Of a stretch of 64,000 nucleotides of DNA, positions 25,341 through 36,316 are shown one piece after another. The number at the start of each line of letters is the position of its first letter. The stretch's first letter is position 1. The stretch is from a virus. Below the pieces are notes generated by a model. The model ran no database searches. It saw nothing but the letters and a program-made list of their open reading frames with translations, and had not been told where the DNA came from. Made by a program: the position numbers and the translations under genes. Where the stretch lies: positions 1 through 64,000 of IMG/VR virus record IMGVR_UViG_3300043411_000610; one strand, given 5' to 3'.

Positions 25341-26291
25341 TTAAATTCGTTCCATTATTGATTCTAACGTAAATTCGTTGTCGGTCAATACAGTTTTGTG
25401 AAAAAGTCGTTTGAAATCGTTGAAGGTTCGGACGAACAACATAATACCATGTTGTTCAAACAGTTCTTTAGCTTTTTCTCCATCAAATACAGGAGGAACC
25501 GCAAGTTGTGCATCATATTGCGCTATTTCGTCAGGATAAACGGTTTTAACTTTAGACAAATCTATGATTTCAATATTACGCATGATGATTTTCCATTGGT
25601 CATCGGTCAACAATTTTTCCCGATCATCTGATGCGAGTTTGATGTCTCGATCCCGTAGTTCTTCAACTAATTTCTTTGATTTAACTGGTCCAAATCCTTT
25701 AAGGCCCGGAATATTATCAGATGGATCACCCAAAATTGATTTATATAGAACAAAATCTTGTTGGCCAATATTTGCGTGCATTTCAAAATTTTGGTTATTA
25801 ACCAACAAATTTTTAGTTGCAAGCAATAGGTCTGTATTATCAGACACTAATTGGAGCAAGTCTTTATCAGATGACACGATGAGATTTCTACCGCCTTCTA
25901 GGTTGGATAGAAAACAAATAACATCATCTGCTTCCAAATTCCAAGGATATATCGTATGAATCCCCAAATTATTTAAAATATCCTGAATAGGATCGTGCAG
26001 TGCCAAGATAGACAGGGCTTCATCCGTCATCACCCTCTGACTTTTATATTCAACTAAGTCATTGCGGAAATTGTGGCCATCAGGATTCTGTTTATTATCC
26101 CATGCAAAAAAAGTGGTTTCTGGCCGATAACGTTCAGCCAAATTCTTCAGCATTTTAAAGAATTGTGTCATTACAGACTTATCCTTTTCTTTTCCCGTCT
26201 GTTTATTGTGCATATCTGCATAGTATGCACGGAACAGAAAATTGTTACCATCAATGATAAGTCGTTTGTATGTATTGCTCATGTTGCACAA
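25341..26291 (-). CDS. rnh: 5'-3' exonuclease / T4-type RNase H
   Basis: IIDGNN, FR..YK..R, EADD, SSDKDLLQL, GD-x-SDNIPG..G-x-G. Confidence 0.92.
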   Translation of the reverse strand: MCNMSNTYKRLIIDGNNFLFRAYYADMHNKQTGKEKDKSVMTQFFKMLKNLAERYRPETTFFAWDNKQNPDGHNFRNDLVEYKSQRVMTDEALSILALHDPIQDILNNLGIHTIYPWNLEADDVICFLSNLEGGRNLIVSSDKDLLQLVSDNTDLLLATKNLLVNNQNFEMHANIGQQDFVLYKSILGDPSDNIPGLKGFGPVKSKKLVEELRDRDIKLASDDREKLLTDDQWKIIMRNIEIIDLSKVKTVYPDEIAQYDAQLAVPPVFDGEKAKELFEQHGIMLFVRTFNDFKRLFHKTVLTDNEFTLESIMERI

Positions 26292-26300
26292 TACACGGTA

Positions 26301-26573
26301 TTACTTTTTCTTCAAGTTAAAAATAGGCATTAATGCATCTATTATGTCTGTCGGCGTATTTTCGACGAATGCTATTTTTTTATCCTCTATTAATTTTTCA
26401 AAATCTTTGACCGGAAGTTCAAAATAATCGTGGTCGTTCACAACAAATTTTAAGCCCACCACATTTTTTGCTGTTTCCTTTAGGACTATAAGTGCAATAC
26501 CTTGTCCTGATCGGTCTATAGTAGGCATCATTGCAAACAACTGATTTTCGTATTTTTTATTTGACTTGAACAT
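26301..26573 (-). CDS. Hypothetical protein
   Basis: Clean ORF. Confidence 0.65.
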   Translation of the reverse strand: MFKSNKKYENQLFAMMPTIDRSGQGIALIVLKETAKNVVGLKFVVNDHDYFELPVKDFEKLIEDKKIAFVENTPTDIIDALMPIFNLKKK

Positions 26574-26842
26574 CCATCTGATTTATCTTATCAAGACCAT
26601 ATAACAACTATTATTTGGGCAAACTAAATATAAATTTTATGACACAGCTAATTAATGACACAAAAGTTCCGGTCGTTATTGACGGACAAACAATATATGT
26701 TAGTGCAAGCGAAGCACAGAAGCTCAAACAAAAGCTATCAAAGAATTCTATTGCAGTAGAAAATCCAAGTCCTCCTATTCAATGGCAAGGCAAGTCTCTT
26801 ATTTGTGGATAAAATTTTCTATATTTCAGTTGCACTAGGATT

Positions 26843-27127
26843 ATGTCTAGTGTATTATGGAGTTCGGACAACAGATTGGCATTAAACAAAATGAAAAAAT
26901 TTAAAGTAAACAACGGACGCGAGTTTTCAATTCGCGTATTAGACAATTCAACTGGTGAAACACTTCAAAATGTTGCATTTCCTGGGGATATTATTCTACT
27001 AACCGACAGTAATGCGGTTGATGTAGTGATTACGGACGGCAAGCGTCAACAACGTATTCCGACCTTTAATTATCCTAATACGATTAGTCATGCAGTTAAA
27101 CAAGGTGTATTGACCGAAATTGAATGA
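26843..27127 (+). CDS. Hypothetical protein
   Basis: ORF with ATGA overlap to next gene. Confidence 0.6.
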   Translation: MSSVLWSSDNRLALNKMKKFKVNNGREFSIRVLDNSTGETLQNVAFPGDIILLTDSNAVDVVITDGKRQQRIPTFNYPNTISHAVKQGVLTEIE

Positions 27128-27351
27128 AGGCCATATTTACCGGTAAAGGTGGATGGGAAGGGGAATTAGACCGTGCAAAGAATACATTTGAAGTAGGGAA
27201 ATCATATACAATTAAAAAAGGATATCGTGGTCGATATGATTCAACTCTGATGTTTGAAGAACTTCCAGGATATTGGAATTCTGTTTTATTTGAGTTTGAT
27301 GAAGATAAACTTGAATGGGAATACACATATTATATTGATTATGAAAATTGA
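27124..27351 (+). CDS. Conserved phage hypothetical protein
   Basis: F-x-VG..YT..PGYWNSVLF pattern. Confidence 0.7.
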   Translation: MKAIFTGKGGWEGELDRAKNTFEVGKSYTIKKGYRGRYDSTLMFEELPGYWNSVLFEFDEDKLEWEYTYYIDYEN

Positions 27352-28246
27352 AGAAGTTTGGGTAGAAAAATATCGTCCAAAAACCCTGGACGAAATGGTC
27401 TTATCAGAAAAGAATAGGCAGTATTTTGCTTCGATCAAGTCGATCACCAATAATTACCTGTTTTTGGGAACACCCGGAACAGGTAAGAATACGATGGCAT
27501 ATTATTTGCGTGATAAATTTGCGCCTGATTCATACCTATATTTGAATGCTAGTTCAGAATCCGGTATTGAGACAGTTCGTAATAAAATCACGGACTTTGT
27601 ATCAACTACTGCATTTGACGGAAATAATAAATTGGTGATTCTATCAGAGTTTGATGGATTTTCTAATGCGGCACAAGGAGCATTAAGAGAAATCATGGAA
27701 CAATACTTAGAAACCGTTCGATTTATTTTGACGGCCAATCATCAACATAAAATTATTACTGCCATTCAGTCTAGATGTGGCGAACCGTTTTTCTTCAATT
27801 CAGATATTGAGGATATTACCAAACGGATTAAACATATTCTGAATGCAGAAAAAATTTGTAATTGGAAAGATCATAGTGCGGACATTGTTAAAATTATTAA
27901 GCAATATGCACCTGATTTACGAAAGATCACTAACGTATTACAACGGTGTTTTGAGACTGGTAAATTTATACCGTTGAAGATTGATAGCAGTGAATTGGTA
28001 GAAAAGATTTGGCAAATGGTTAGAGATAAAACCGATCCGTTTGTAATTCGTAAATTCGTGATTGACAATGAACAGGAATTTGGTAATGATTACCACACGT
28101 TGATGCGTCAAATGTTTGATTGTTCAGTCGTAGATAATAATGTAGGTGCCTGTCTACAAATTACAGAATATATGTATAGGAATTCTATGGTGATGGATAA
28201 CGAAGTTAATTTTACAGGTTTGATCATAAATTTGGTAAAAAAATGA
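27341..28246 (+). CDS. Sliding clamp loader large subunit (T4 gp44/RFC-like)
   Basis: WVEKYRPKTLDE, GTPGTGK, LNAS, RFILTAN, SRC; start reassigned from 27254 to ATG 27341. Confidence 0.93.
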   Translation: MKIEEVWVEKYRPKTLDEMVLSEKNRQYFASIKSITNNYLFLGTPGTGKNTMAYYLRDKFAPDSYLYLNASSESGIETVRNKITDFVSTTAFDGNNKLVILSEFDGFSNAAQGALREIMEQYLETVRFILTANHQHKIITAIQSRCGEPFFFNSDIEDITKRIKHILNAEKICNWKDHSADIVKIIKQYAPDLRKITNVLQRCFETGKFIPLKIDSSELVEKIWQMVRDKTDPFVIRKFVIDNEQEFGNDYHTLMRQMFDCSVVDNNVGACLQITEYMYRNSMVMDNEVNFTGLIINLVKK

Positions 28247-28636
28247 AAATCAGACAAATTATCGAAATAGAATTTGACACTACCGATGATGTGGTCAGGG
28301 CATGTCAACCATTCATACTACCTTCCGAATGTAAACATAGAAATGTTTCATACTACGAAAATTCTTCATTTTGTTATGACTGTAAGTGTTATTTGACACT
28401 ACCTGGAGATATTGGTCATCCGTTTAAAAATAAAAAATGAGTAGGTTGTTTAAAAAAATATTTGCATGGTTTCTTGTATTATCACCTGTGGTCATGCTTT
28501 CACTTGCAGTCTTACTGGCTAATAACGGGTCTTCTGATCTGTGCCATTTATTGGGATCATGTGTATTATTGTGTGTCATCCCATGCGTGATTGGGCAAGT
28601 TATGCTATGGCCTAAACAATTTAAAGAATAGAAATT

Positions 28637-28957
28637 ATGAAAAGTATTACATATTTGGTCGGTCCAAAAGTTGTAGGTCATCCAAACGATAAGAAATATA
28701 AAGATTCGATAGTAAACGGAAAAACGGAAGCACTTAGAATGGCCGCAGAAACCGCGAGTAATTCGATTTTACAGTGGGGCGTATGGGAAAATGAGACGGA
28801 AGAGATAGTTGCACTAGCAGGACCAAATAGTGGTTGTATATACCGAACTTCTGCATGGGAGAACCCACCATGTAATAGTGAATACATGTTAGCAGGCCCA
28901 AACAATAGAAAACATTGGGACGATATTAAACATCAATTTAAAAATGAAAATCAATGA
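28637..28957 (+). CDS. Hypothetical protein with internal LAGPN repeat
   Basis: ALAGPNS / MLAGPNN. Confidence 0.6.
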   Translation: MKSITYLVGPKVVGHPNDKKYKDSIVNGKTEALRMAAETASNSILQWGVWENETEEIVALAGPNSGCIYRTSAWENPPCNSEYMLAGPNNRKHWDDIKHQFKNENQ

Positions 28958-29321
28958 ACTAATTCAAAAATATAATTTGGCACCAGATTCATATTATACG
29001 GTATCACCGTATACAAATCGGAGCTATGATGACGACAGTGCAGTATTCTTAGAAGAAAAACTGTTGAAGTCCAAATGGAAAGCCTATATTGAACCACAAT
29101 ATTATGGATTTTCGTTTGGATCACCCACACCATTAGTTTGGTTGTCAGTAATAGATGAATTTCTTGACCATGTGGTAGAACAGTGTCCTAATATGAAAAT
29201 TCTCCAAATTAAGATAAAATTTGGAGGACTGAGATGCTACATTATTAATGTAACACCTGATATTGAGGAAGAAATACGACAATTAGAAAAGGTTTTGTTT
29301 GATAAAAAATTGATTTATTAA
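28944..29321 (+). CDS. Conserved phage hypothetical protein
   Basis: QIK-x-KFGGLR-x-Y motif. Confidence 0.75.
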   Translation: MKINELIQKYNLAPDSYYTVSPYTNRSYDDDSAVFLEEKLLKSKWKAYIEPQYYGFSFGSPTPLVWLSVIDEFLDHVVEQCPNMKILQIKIKFGGLRCYIINVTPDIEEEIRQLEKVLFDKKLIY

Positions 29322-29409
29322 TGATAATACTCAATGCTTGGCCCGTCATTGAGTTATAAGTCATTATACAAACAGGATTCCAAATCTTGTTTGAGTTAAC
29401 GGGCCGCCA
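29321..29409 (+). ncRNA. Isolated tRNA-like element: acceptor-type stem with CCA and a Trp-type anticodon hairpin, no T arm
   Basis: GGCCCGT/ACGGGCC-G-CCA; CAAACAGGA-TTCCAAA-TCTTGTTTG; ACTCAATG/CATTGAGT encloses the 5' strand. Confidence 0.55.
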
Positions 29410-29714
29410 ATTTTATGTGAAATATAACAAGTTTATATCCTATTGACATAGTAGTGCGCCCAAGCCATGAATTATTATCCCCATTTTGTCCTGGATACTC
29501 ACTGGTAGGTGTTACTTCCAAGACTGTAAAAGCCCATATGAAAGGCATTGGGGCCGAATATTATACCGTTCATACGCCAGCAGATAATCATACATATATA
29601 CCAGAAAATTATATTTATGTGGTATATAATGAGATGATACATCGAAACAGAGAACTAATACCATATACCAATTTTTAATTGACATCCATCAAATTTAGAA
29701 TACAGTATACAAAC

Positions 29715-30923
29715 ATGAAAACCGAACATACACCAGAAAAAGCAAAGTCACCTGTAGTCCTCAAAGATATTTTGTGCAATAATCCTAACACTAAAGGCGT
29801 TGCATCGGATTTCAAGTTCAATCAACATATTACTGGTATCGAATTGTTCAATTCGATTTATAACCTATGGTTAAATTATTTTGATACAACACCGTCTTTC
29901 ACTGCATTGACGGAAAAGAAAGTGGAAGAATTTACAAAGTTTCAGGCAAAATTGTTTACCGATGGTTTTGAGAAAATTTTTACTTCTTTATCAGTGGATT
30001 CACGATCAATCTATTATATTCAACGTGAAAAACAACAGTTGATATATGTCAATATTGGTATCGGTATTGATCTGATTGAAAATCAAGCTGTTGTTTCTCC
30101 AACATATGGAACGAAAGGTGTTTTCAGTTGTTCTATATGCACTGCCATTTGTGAGGCTAATACAGAATATGTGGCGGAGTTTATTTCATACTATGGTTCA
30201 CTTGAAAGTCCGGCAAAAACTATGGCAGACGATAGTATCTTTTACATGATTGCACAAACCGCACAAGGACTGAAAAAGATCAAAGCAGAATGTAAACCAA
30301 AGTCTATCAAAGATGATCGGTATGATCTGTATTATGGTGCAAAATTCCCCATTGAAAAATTTAAGAGTTTTGTGGAAAATGATGAGAACCAAAATCTGTT
30401 GTTGTTGCACGGTGATCCCGGAACAGGCAAATCTAATTTGATTCGCCATCTTATTAAGATGTCTAAACGACCCACTATTTATATTCCACCCTCCATGGTG
30501 GCCAGTATTGCAAGTCCAGGATTTATCGAATTCATCATGGACAACAAGGGAAGTATTCTTTTGATTGAAGATGCAGAAGAAATTTTGACCAAAGATCGAA
30601 ATGCGGCAACCAACAATTTGCTTGGTCTGACTGATGGATTTTTGAAAGACTGTATTGATTTGAAGATTATTTGTAGCTTTAATCAGGACATTAAGAATGT
30701 TGATGCTGCACTTCGCCGTCCAGGAAGGTTGTTTTTTGAATATAAATTTGGTAAACTATCAGAAAATGAAGTTGAGAACCTAGTGGACTATCTTGATCTA
30801 AAAATTCCAGATGCCGAAATTCGGGATATGTCACTTGCAGAAATTTTTGCATTTGGTCAAGAACTCTATTTGGAAAATACATTGGATAAACCAGTAATGG
30901 GATTTGCAGGTTTATCCAAATGA
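29715..30923 (+). CDS. AAA+ ATPase
   Basis: LLLHGDPGTGKS, LLIEDAE, LL-x-LTDG, D-x-ALRRPGR; track start TTG 29679 is a -35 box. Confidence 0.92.
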   Translation: MKTEHTPEKAKSPVVLKDILCNNPNTKGVASDFKFNQHITGIELFNSIYNLWLNYFDTTPSFTALTEKKVEEFTKFQAKLFTDGFEKIFTSLSVDSRSIYYIQREKQQLIYVNIGIGIDLIENQAVVSPTYGTKGVFSCSICTAICEANTEYVAEFISYYGSLESPAKTMADDSIFYMIAQTAQGLKKIKAECKPKSIKDDRYDLYYGAKFPIEKFKSFVENDENQNLLLLHGDPGTGKSNLIRHLIKMSKRPTIYIPPSMVASIASPGFIEFIMDNKGSILLIEDAEEILTKDRNAATNNLLGLTDGFLKDCIDLKIICSFNQDIKNVDAALRRPGRLFFEYKFGKLSENEVENLVDYLDLKIPDAEIRDMSLAEIFAFGQELYLENTLDKPVMGFAGLSK

Positions 30924-31667
30924 AAAACCACACTAGATTGACGTTCCCTGGGAACATTGACAGGGGAACGACGGAGAACAATGTCCGACCATATATGGTG
31001 ATATCTTCAACTGATTTTACCCCACAAAATTTCTACACCCTTTCTAAATTACAGAAATATATTTTGACTGGTATAAAGAAGTGCTGACGTATGAATTTGA
31101 CTACTATATATCATTATTATGCAATAAGCGGTCATAATCTCAATGGCGGTGATGGAAATTTATCGTCAATGCAACGGTTATATCCGATTATAGATCACAA
31201 ATCCATTAACATTATTGGTGTATCGTCAATTCCGAAGAGTTTTAAGAACTGTAGATTTGGTATGAAAGTTTTGTATAAGGTGCTAAAATGAAGAACACAA
31301 CGACAACTTATTGCAGCGATCATTCTAATCGTTCAGGTGTAGTAAGAAACATCGTCAGTCCAATTTGTATACTAAATTCTAAATTTAAAATTAAAGAAAT
31401 TTTTACTATAAGTAAATTTATAAAATATAACATGACGGGTTTAGCAAAATATGATATAGGAGGTTCATGCATTGGACGGTTGGAATTAAAATGAGAACGG
31501 AATTTCCGTATGACACTTTGATAAAAAGTGGTCACATGGTTTGTAACCAACCAACACCAACATACGTTATAGTTGATATTTTCAGTATGAAAGCCTTTAT
31601 ATCACCGTCAATACCAAAATTAATAAAAACTCAGTATAACTGGACAGTGAAATGTATAGTCGGATGA
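30920..31667 (+). other. Run of four short (55-68 aa) hypothetical ORFs, possibly paralogous
   Basis: Overlapping starts/stops; shared V-x-P..F/YT-x-SK..KY..TG and SIPK motifs. Confidence 0.45.
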
Positions 31668-31736
31668 AAGAACAGGGTGTTTCATTAAGTATAATAGCAG
31701 CATCACTAATAGCTTGTGCTAAACAATGATTTTTCA

Positions 31737-32675
31737 TCATATTGCTAATAATTGTTTAAATATTTCCTCTAATACCGCGACAGTAATAGTGTTACCAAAT
31801 TGTTTAAATGCTATATTATCTTTGTCATGTATAACAAAATCGTCTGGAAATCCTTGTAGTCTTGCACATTCTCTTGGTGTAAACATTCTGATTGTTTTTT
31901 TGTCAGGGGAAATAAATCCATGCCTATCAATTAGATTTTGGCAGAAAATATTACCTGAGTATCGTATTTTCTTATCTCCAAATAATCCATTTTTATTTAC
32001 CTGTTTCACTTCGCCGAAATCTTCTAACAAAGAAAAATTAATCTGCTTATTTAGTGCGATATTTATAATATTAGCTCTACGCAAATCCGAAACAAAATAT
32101 TTTGCGGCAACATCATTCTCTAAAATATCCTTAAAATGAGCGGACTTATTTTCAAAATAAAACTGTATATTAATATTCAAATCTTTTCTAATTCCTACTC
32201 CGAAAATCCTCTCTCTGTGATGAGGAATTCCAAAGTTTTTAGAATTTAATTTAAGTAAATGAAAATCATAATTTTTCTCTATACGCTGCTCTATCATAGA
32301 ATAAAAATCAGAAAACTTTTTATTCAGAAGTCCTTTAACATTCTCAAATATAATATATTTCGGCAACAATTTATCTATAATATCTAATGAATAGTTCACT
32401 AAAATACTTCTCCCATTATTCAAATCCTGCTTTCCCGCCACTGATAAGTCTTGACAAGGGAATCCGAAAACATATAAATCAACATAATCTAATTCATTTA
32501 TGTTTATTTTAGTTATATCATCATACCATTTTTCGCAAGTATGATTAGCTAGATATGTTTGTTTCGCATGTTTATCTATATCGCATGCCCATTTAACTAT
32601 ATGGGGTATTTTAAGATTTTTCAATGCTTGTTCGGGCGCACCGATACCACTGAATGTTGTTCCTATTTTTATCAT
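31737..32675 (-). CDS. DNA (cytosine-5) methyltransferase
   Basis: FSGIG, GFPCQ, FENV, RERIF, RECARLQGFP, QFGN. Confidence 0.95.
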   Translation of the reverse strand: MIKIGTTFSGIGAPEQALKNLKIPHIVKWACDIDKHAKQTYLANHTCEKWYDDITKININELDYVDLYVFGFPCQDLSVAGKQDLNNGRSILVNYSLDIIDKLLPKYIIFENVKGLLNKKFSDFYSMIEQRIEKNYDFHLLKLNSKNFGIPHHRERIFGVGIRKDLNINIQFYFENKSAHFKDILENDVAAKYFVSDLRRANIINIALNKQINFSLLEDFGEVKQVNKNGLFGDKKIRYSGNIFCQNLIDRHGFISPDKKTIRMFTPRECARLQGFPDDFVIHDKDNIAFKQFGNTITVAVLEEIFKQLLAI

Positions 32676-32685
32676 AATTTTTATT

Positions 32686-33009
32686 TTACCTTTTACACAT
32701 TACCATTGATTCCGAATTTTCGTTCGGAAGAACTTCGATGACGGTCAAAAAATTGAATCTTTTGTTGGTTATGTCTTCTCTAGTATTCTTCCACGAATTA
32801 AGCCCCTGCTTACAACCACAAGAAATATATTTGTTTTTATTATTAGAGTGGACTAAGTTAGAGTTTGATATGAAAAATCTTTTACCGCAACTGCATTCAG
32901 CTTCCCAATATACTCTTTTGACAGACTTTTCCTCGGCATGTTTTATTATCGTGGCATTCCCATAGGTTTGTCCAATTTTGTCTGTTTTCGGTTTTCTTAC
33001 TTTGTGCAT
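32686..33009 (-). pseudogene. Truncated HNH/AP2-type homing endonuclease N-terminus
   Basis: D-x-IG..YG..VYW-x-x-ECSCG..SCGC repeat; second repeat ends abruptly at MVMCKR*. Confidence 0.6.
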
Positions 33010-33087
33010 ATTATTATTTACACTAAATGAATCTTATATGCACAAAATATTTTCATTTTTCTAGTTGAACTTTATAGGCACGGAGAA

Positions 33088-33891
33088 TCATACTAATTTA
33101 TAATAAAAATATTCACCAACATCAACGCTTTTACCTTTCATCCTACTAAAGCTAGAGTTACCAGAAGATAGGACTTCTCTACCTGTATATTCAATATTTA
33201 TTGCTTCTTCGTTGTCTGTAGAATTGACACCATTGATATTCATAAACCACGAACAAGGAAGTTTATCTATCCAAGACAAAAGGCCGTCAAAGGATATATT
33301 ACCAAAATATAATGCTTTGGTATTAGTATATGGTGGGTCCAAATAAACAACATCTTTATTACCAATTGGAGAAATATTATCAAAAGAACTACAAGTAAAA
33401 TCAATATCCTTTCCCTTCATTAATTCTGAGTAATACGATATAACTTCTTCAACCTTTTTGGGTAGCATTCCTGTTCGTCCAAAATGATGCGACGTATTAA
33501 ATTCGCCCTTTCTATTATATCTAATAGTTCCATTGTAACAGGTTCTAGTTAAAAAATAGAAAATAAGCGGGTCTTTAGTTTTGTTGTAAATCTCCCTTTC
33601 CGTATAAAAGAAATTCGGGTCTTTTTGTAACTTTTCCCATTTATCATTATATGAAAGTATTAGTTCTTGAGGTTTATCTTTAACAGTTGTTAAAATATTG
33701 ATTAAGCTATCGTTTTTATCTGAGAGCTTAAACTTTTTAACATTTGCATTATCTTTTAATAGTTGGAAAAACACCGAGCCTCCTCCCACAAATGGTTCAT
33801 AATAAGTTTCAATTTCCTTTGGAAAATATGATGTGATTTTTGCGGCGATTGGGCGTTTTGAGCCAGTCCACTTAATTAATGGTGTATTCAT
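33088..33891 (-). CDS. Dam-family (D12 class) DNA adenine methyltransferase
   Basis: KWTGSK, YYEPFVGGGSV, VYLDPPY. Confidence 0.93.
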   Translation of the reverse strand: MNTPLIKWTGSKRPIAAKITSYFPKEIETYYEPFVGGGSVFFQLLKDNANVKKFKLSDKNDSLINILTTVKDKPQELILSYNDKWEKLQKDPNFFYTEREIYNKTKDPLIFYFLTRTCYNGTIRYNRKGEFNTSHHFGRTGMLPKKVEEVISYYSELMKGKDIDFTCSSFDNISPIGNKDVVYLDPPYTNTKALYFGNISFDGLLSWIDKLPCSWFMNINGVNSTDNEEAINIEYTGREVLSSGNSSFSRMKGKSVDVGEYFYYKLV

Positions 33892-33936
33892 TTTGATAAT
33901 TCCTTCTCTTTTTTCTTTCTTTTTGGCTTGAACTAA

Positions 33937-34473
33937 TCATATATCAAATACCTTTCCGAAAACGGAAAACGCTTTATTGAAGTCGTCTTTTCTATTGCCT
34001 AAATAACATAAACAACACGCCATAGGAGCACCTTTTTTATCTTCTGAGCCTTCGTTATAAAACTTTAATCTCGTATCTGATAAAAAACATATTGAAGAAA
34101 AATGTTTGAAAACTATCTCTTTGAAATGCTTGGTATTTGTAGCGACGGGAACTAAGAATATCATTTCCTTTCCATCTTCATATTCCGACAATCCTTTTTC
34201 AAACCAGTTATATAAAGACTTTCCTTCACTTCTTCCGTAAGGGGGATTTATGAAAATATTTTTTCCGTTCCATTTTGAAGTTAAGCCGTCCTTTTCTGGA
34301 TAGACGAAATTTTCTTTCGCCCCAACAAGAGAAAATTCATTAGAACATGGGTCTAAATCAATCTCGCCACCAAAGAATTGCTTAATTGGCGTGATATATT
34401 TTGGTGGCGTATTCCAATCTTTTTTATCAGAATTGTTTTTACGTCCTGCGCTCATTTTAATCTTTCTAAACAA
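33937..34473 (-). CDS. Phage-type DNA N6-adenine methyltransferase
   Basis: W-x-TP, IDLDPCS, DGL..W, FINPPY, RLKF. Confidence 0.9.
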   Translation of the reverse strand: MFRKIKMSAGRKNNSDKKDWNTPPKYITPIKQFFGGEIDLDPCSNEFSLVGAKENFVYPEKDGLTSKWNGKNIFINPPYGRSEGKSLYNWFEKGLSEYEDGKEMIFLVPVATNTKHFKEIVFKHFSSICFLSDTRLKFYNEGSEDKKGAPMACCLCYLGNRKDDFNKAFSVFGKVFDI

Positions 34474-35207
34474 ATATCGTAGTATTCTTTTTCTTTCTCG
34501 ATTCCGATAAATTGGCGGTTTAAGTTTTTAGCTGCAACTAAAGTTGAGCCTGAGCCAGCGCAGTTATCAAGAATTAAATTTTCCTCATTGGAATACGTTT
34601 TAATTAGATATTCTAAAAGTGCGATTGGTTTTTGTGTTGGATGAAACTTATCTTTATCCGTTTTAAATTCTAACGTATTAAATGGAAACCTTTTTGTTGT
34701 ATCCTTTTGTTTGTGCTTATACTTCCCATTTTTATGATTAGCTCCAAAAATTTGTGTGGTTTTTGACTCTTTCGGGATTGTGTATTCTTTCCCGTCCTCC
34801 ATTTGAGGATTATATTTCATAGAAACGTGTTTCGTATCGTTTTTGGGAAATGCTCTAGCATAGGCTTTTGAGAAGACTGATATAATTTCAATATTATTTA
34901 AAGGTTGAAATCCTGCTTGTGGGAAATTTGACTTGGTATCTTTCTTCCAAATCCAATCATACTTAAACATAGAAAGGTTGCTCATTCTCAGTGATGAACT
35001 AAACGGCTCCTTTCCAAATAAAACTATCGCACCATTGTCTTTAATAATTCTATTATATTGCGCCCATAACTCATCAAAAGATATGATTGCATCCCACTTA
35101 CAAACAGTAGTTCCGTAGGGCAAATCACAAATAATTGCGTCAATACTCTTATCGGGAATATCTATCATCAACTCTAAGCAATCACCATGCCAAATTTCTT
35201 GTCTCAC
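34452..35207 (-). CDS. N4-cytosine/N6-adenine DNA methyltransferase (beta group)
   Basis: GDCLE, DLPYG, HPTQKP, LDNCAGSGST. Confidence 0.93.
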   Translation of the reverse strand: MRQEIWHGDCLELMIDIPDKSIDAIICDLPYGTTVCKWDAIISFDELWAQYNRIIKDNGAIVLFGKEPFSSSLRMSNLSMFKYDWIWKKDTKSNFPQAGFQPLNNIEIISVFSKAYARAFPKNDTKHVSMKYNPQMEDGKEYTIPKESKTTQIFGANHKNGKYKHKQKDTTKRFPFNTLEFKTDKDKFHPTQKPIALLEYLIKTYSNEENLILDNCAGSGSTLVAAKNLNRQFIGIEKEKEYYDICLERLK

Positions 35208-36259
35208 TCCGATTCCTCCTTTTCTTTCTTTTTGCGGTTCTGACTAGAGCGATGACCATCTTGAAATACTCGCTCTTTCTTAAATCCTTTAACTAATTTT
35301 CCATTTCTCATAAAATCCTTTATTTCTATTTCTTCGTCTTTTCCTGCATTTAACAGTTCTCCAAACTTCGCTTTCTTTCGTAACAAACAAGGAACGTTAT
35401 CAGAATAATAAAACATGTCAAATACTTTTTGAAGGTCAGCCAACTTATAATAAACCAACCTACATATCTTTTTATATTCCACAATTTTATCATCCAAATT
35501 AAAAAGCGACGGAATTTTAGAAAGAATATCTTTCGTCCCGAGAAAAACGCATTGTTTATTGTAAGACGATTTTCGTCTTTTATCTTTTGATAAGTGAACA
35601 CAACCATCGCCATCGAATATTCCTCTGATAAAATCTCGCCAATATTCTTGTGGTAATTCTAACGGAAACTTAGCCGTTAAAGTCTTTCTTTCTACTACGC
35701 CCCACTTTTGAACATCTTCAATAATTTTTGGGTCGGAAATTTCTATTTTATATGATTGATTTCCAGATTGCGTTAAACCAGCACCGCATACAGAACCTTC
35801 AAAGTTCATCAAGATTTTAATTGTTTCAAGCAAATCTTGGTCGTTTAACTTTAAGCATAAAAACAAATTACCAGAAGTTTTCTTGGTTAAATATCCGTCA
35901 GACATAAAAACGCCAAGAACATAAGCCATTTCTGGAGTTGGATTGGCAAAGAAATCGGAATTTATTTTACTACGCTGAGATTCCTTAAAACAGTCGGTTG
36001 AACAATATTTTCCGCCGCCACTTTTGTATTCTGATAATCTAACCGTAAATTTTTCACCACAAGTTAAACATTCACAAATCGGGTCTATATTCTTCTTGGG
36101 TCTTCCGCCTTTATTACCACTTGGGGGTTCGCCGTTTTTGATTCTATTATATCTGTCTCTAGCTTTCTTGCGAAGACGTTCCTTATTTTTGTCGTAATAT
36201 TCTTTGGCTCTAATTCTGCCAGCAATCAACATTTCTTCGTATTCTGTATTATTGGTCAT
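35204..36259 (-). CDS. LAGLIDADG homing endonuclease with N-terminal zinc finger
   Basis: AYVLGVFMSDG and FIRGIFDGDG; CxxC..YCS-x-x-C; LLRK. Confidence 0.9.
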   Translation of the reverse strand: MTNNTEYEEMLIAGRIRAKEYYDKNKERLRKKARDRYNRIKNGEPPSGNKGGRPKKNIDPICECLTCGEKFTVRLSEYKSGGGKYCSTDCFKESQRSKINSDFFANPTPEMAYVLGVFMSDGYLTKKTSGNLFLCLKLNDQDLLETIKILMNFEGSVCGAGLTQSGNQSYKIEISDPKIIEDVQKWGVVERKTLTAKFPLELPQEYWRDFIRGIFDGDGCVHLSKDKRRKSSYNKQCVFLGTKDILSKIPSLFNLDDKIVEYKKICRLVYYKLADLQKVFDMFYYSDNVPCLLRKKAKFGELLNAGKDEEIEIKDFMRNGKLVKGFKKERVFQDGHRSSQNRKKKEKEESE

Positions 36260-36316
36260 ACTTATATTTACACTTAGAAAGTTGAAAGTTGAAAATTATT
36301 TTCGATTTTTCTAATT

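Noticed and set aside
35204-36259. TnpB downstream of IS607 tnpA
   Set aside because: The protein has two LAGLIDADG motifs and no RuvC motifs.
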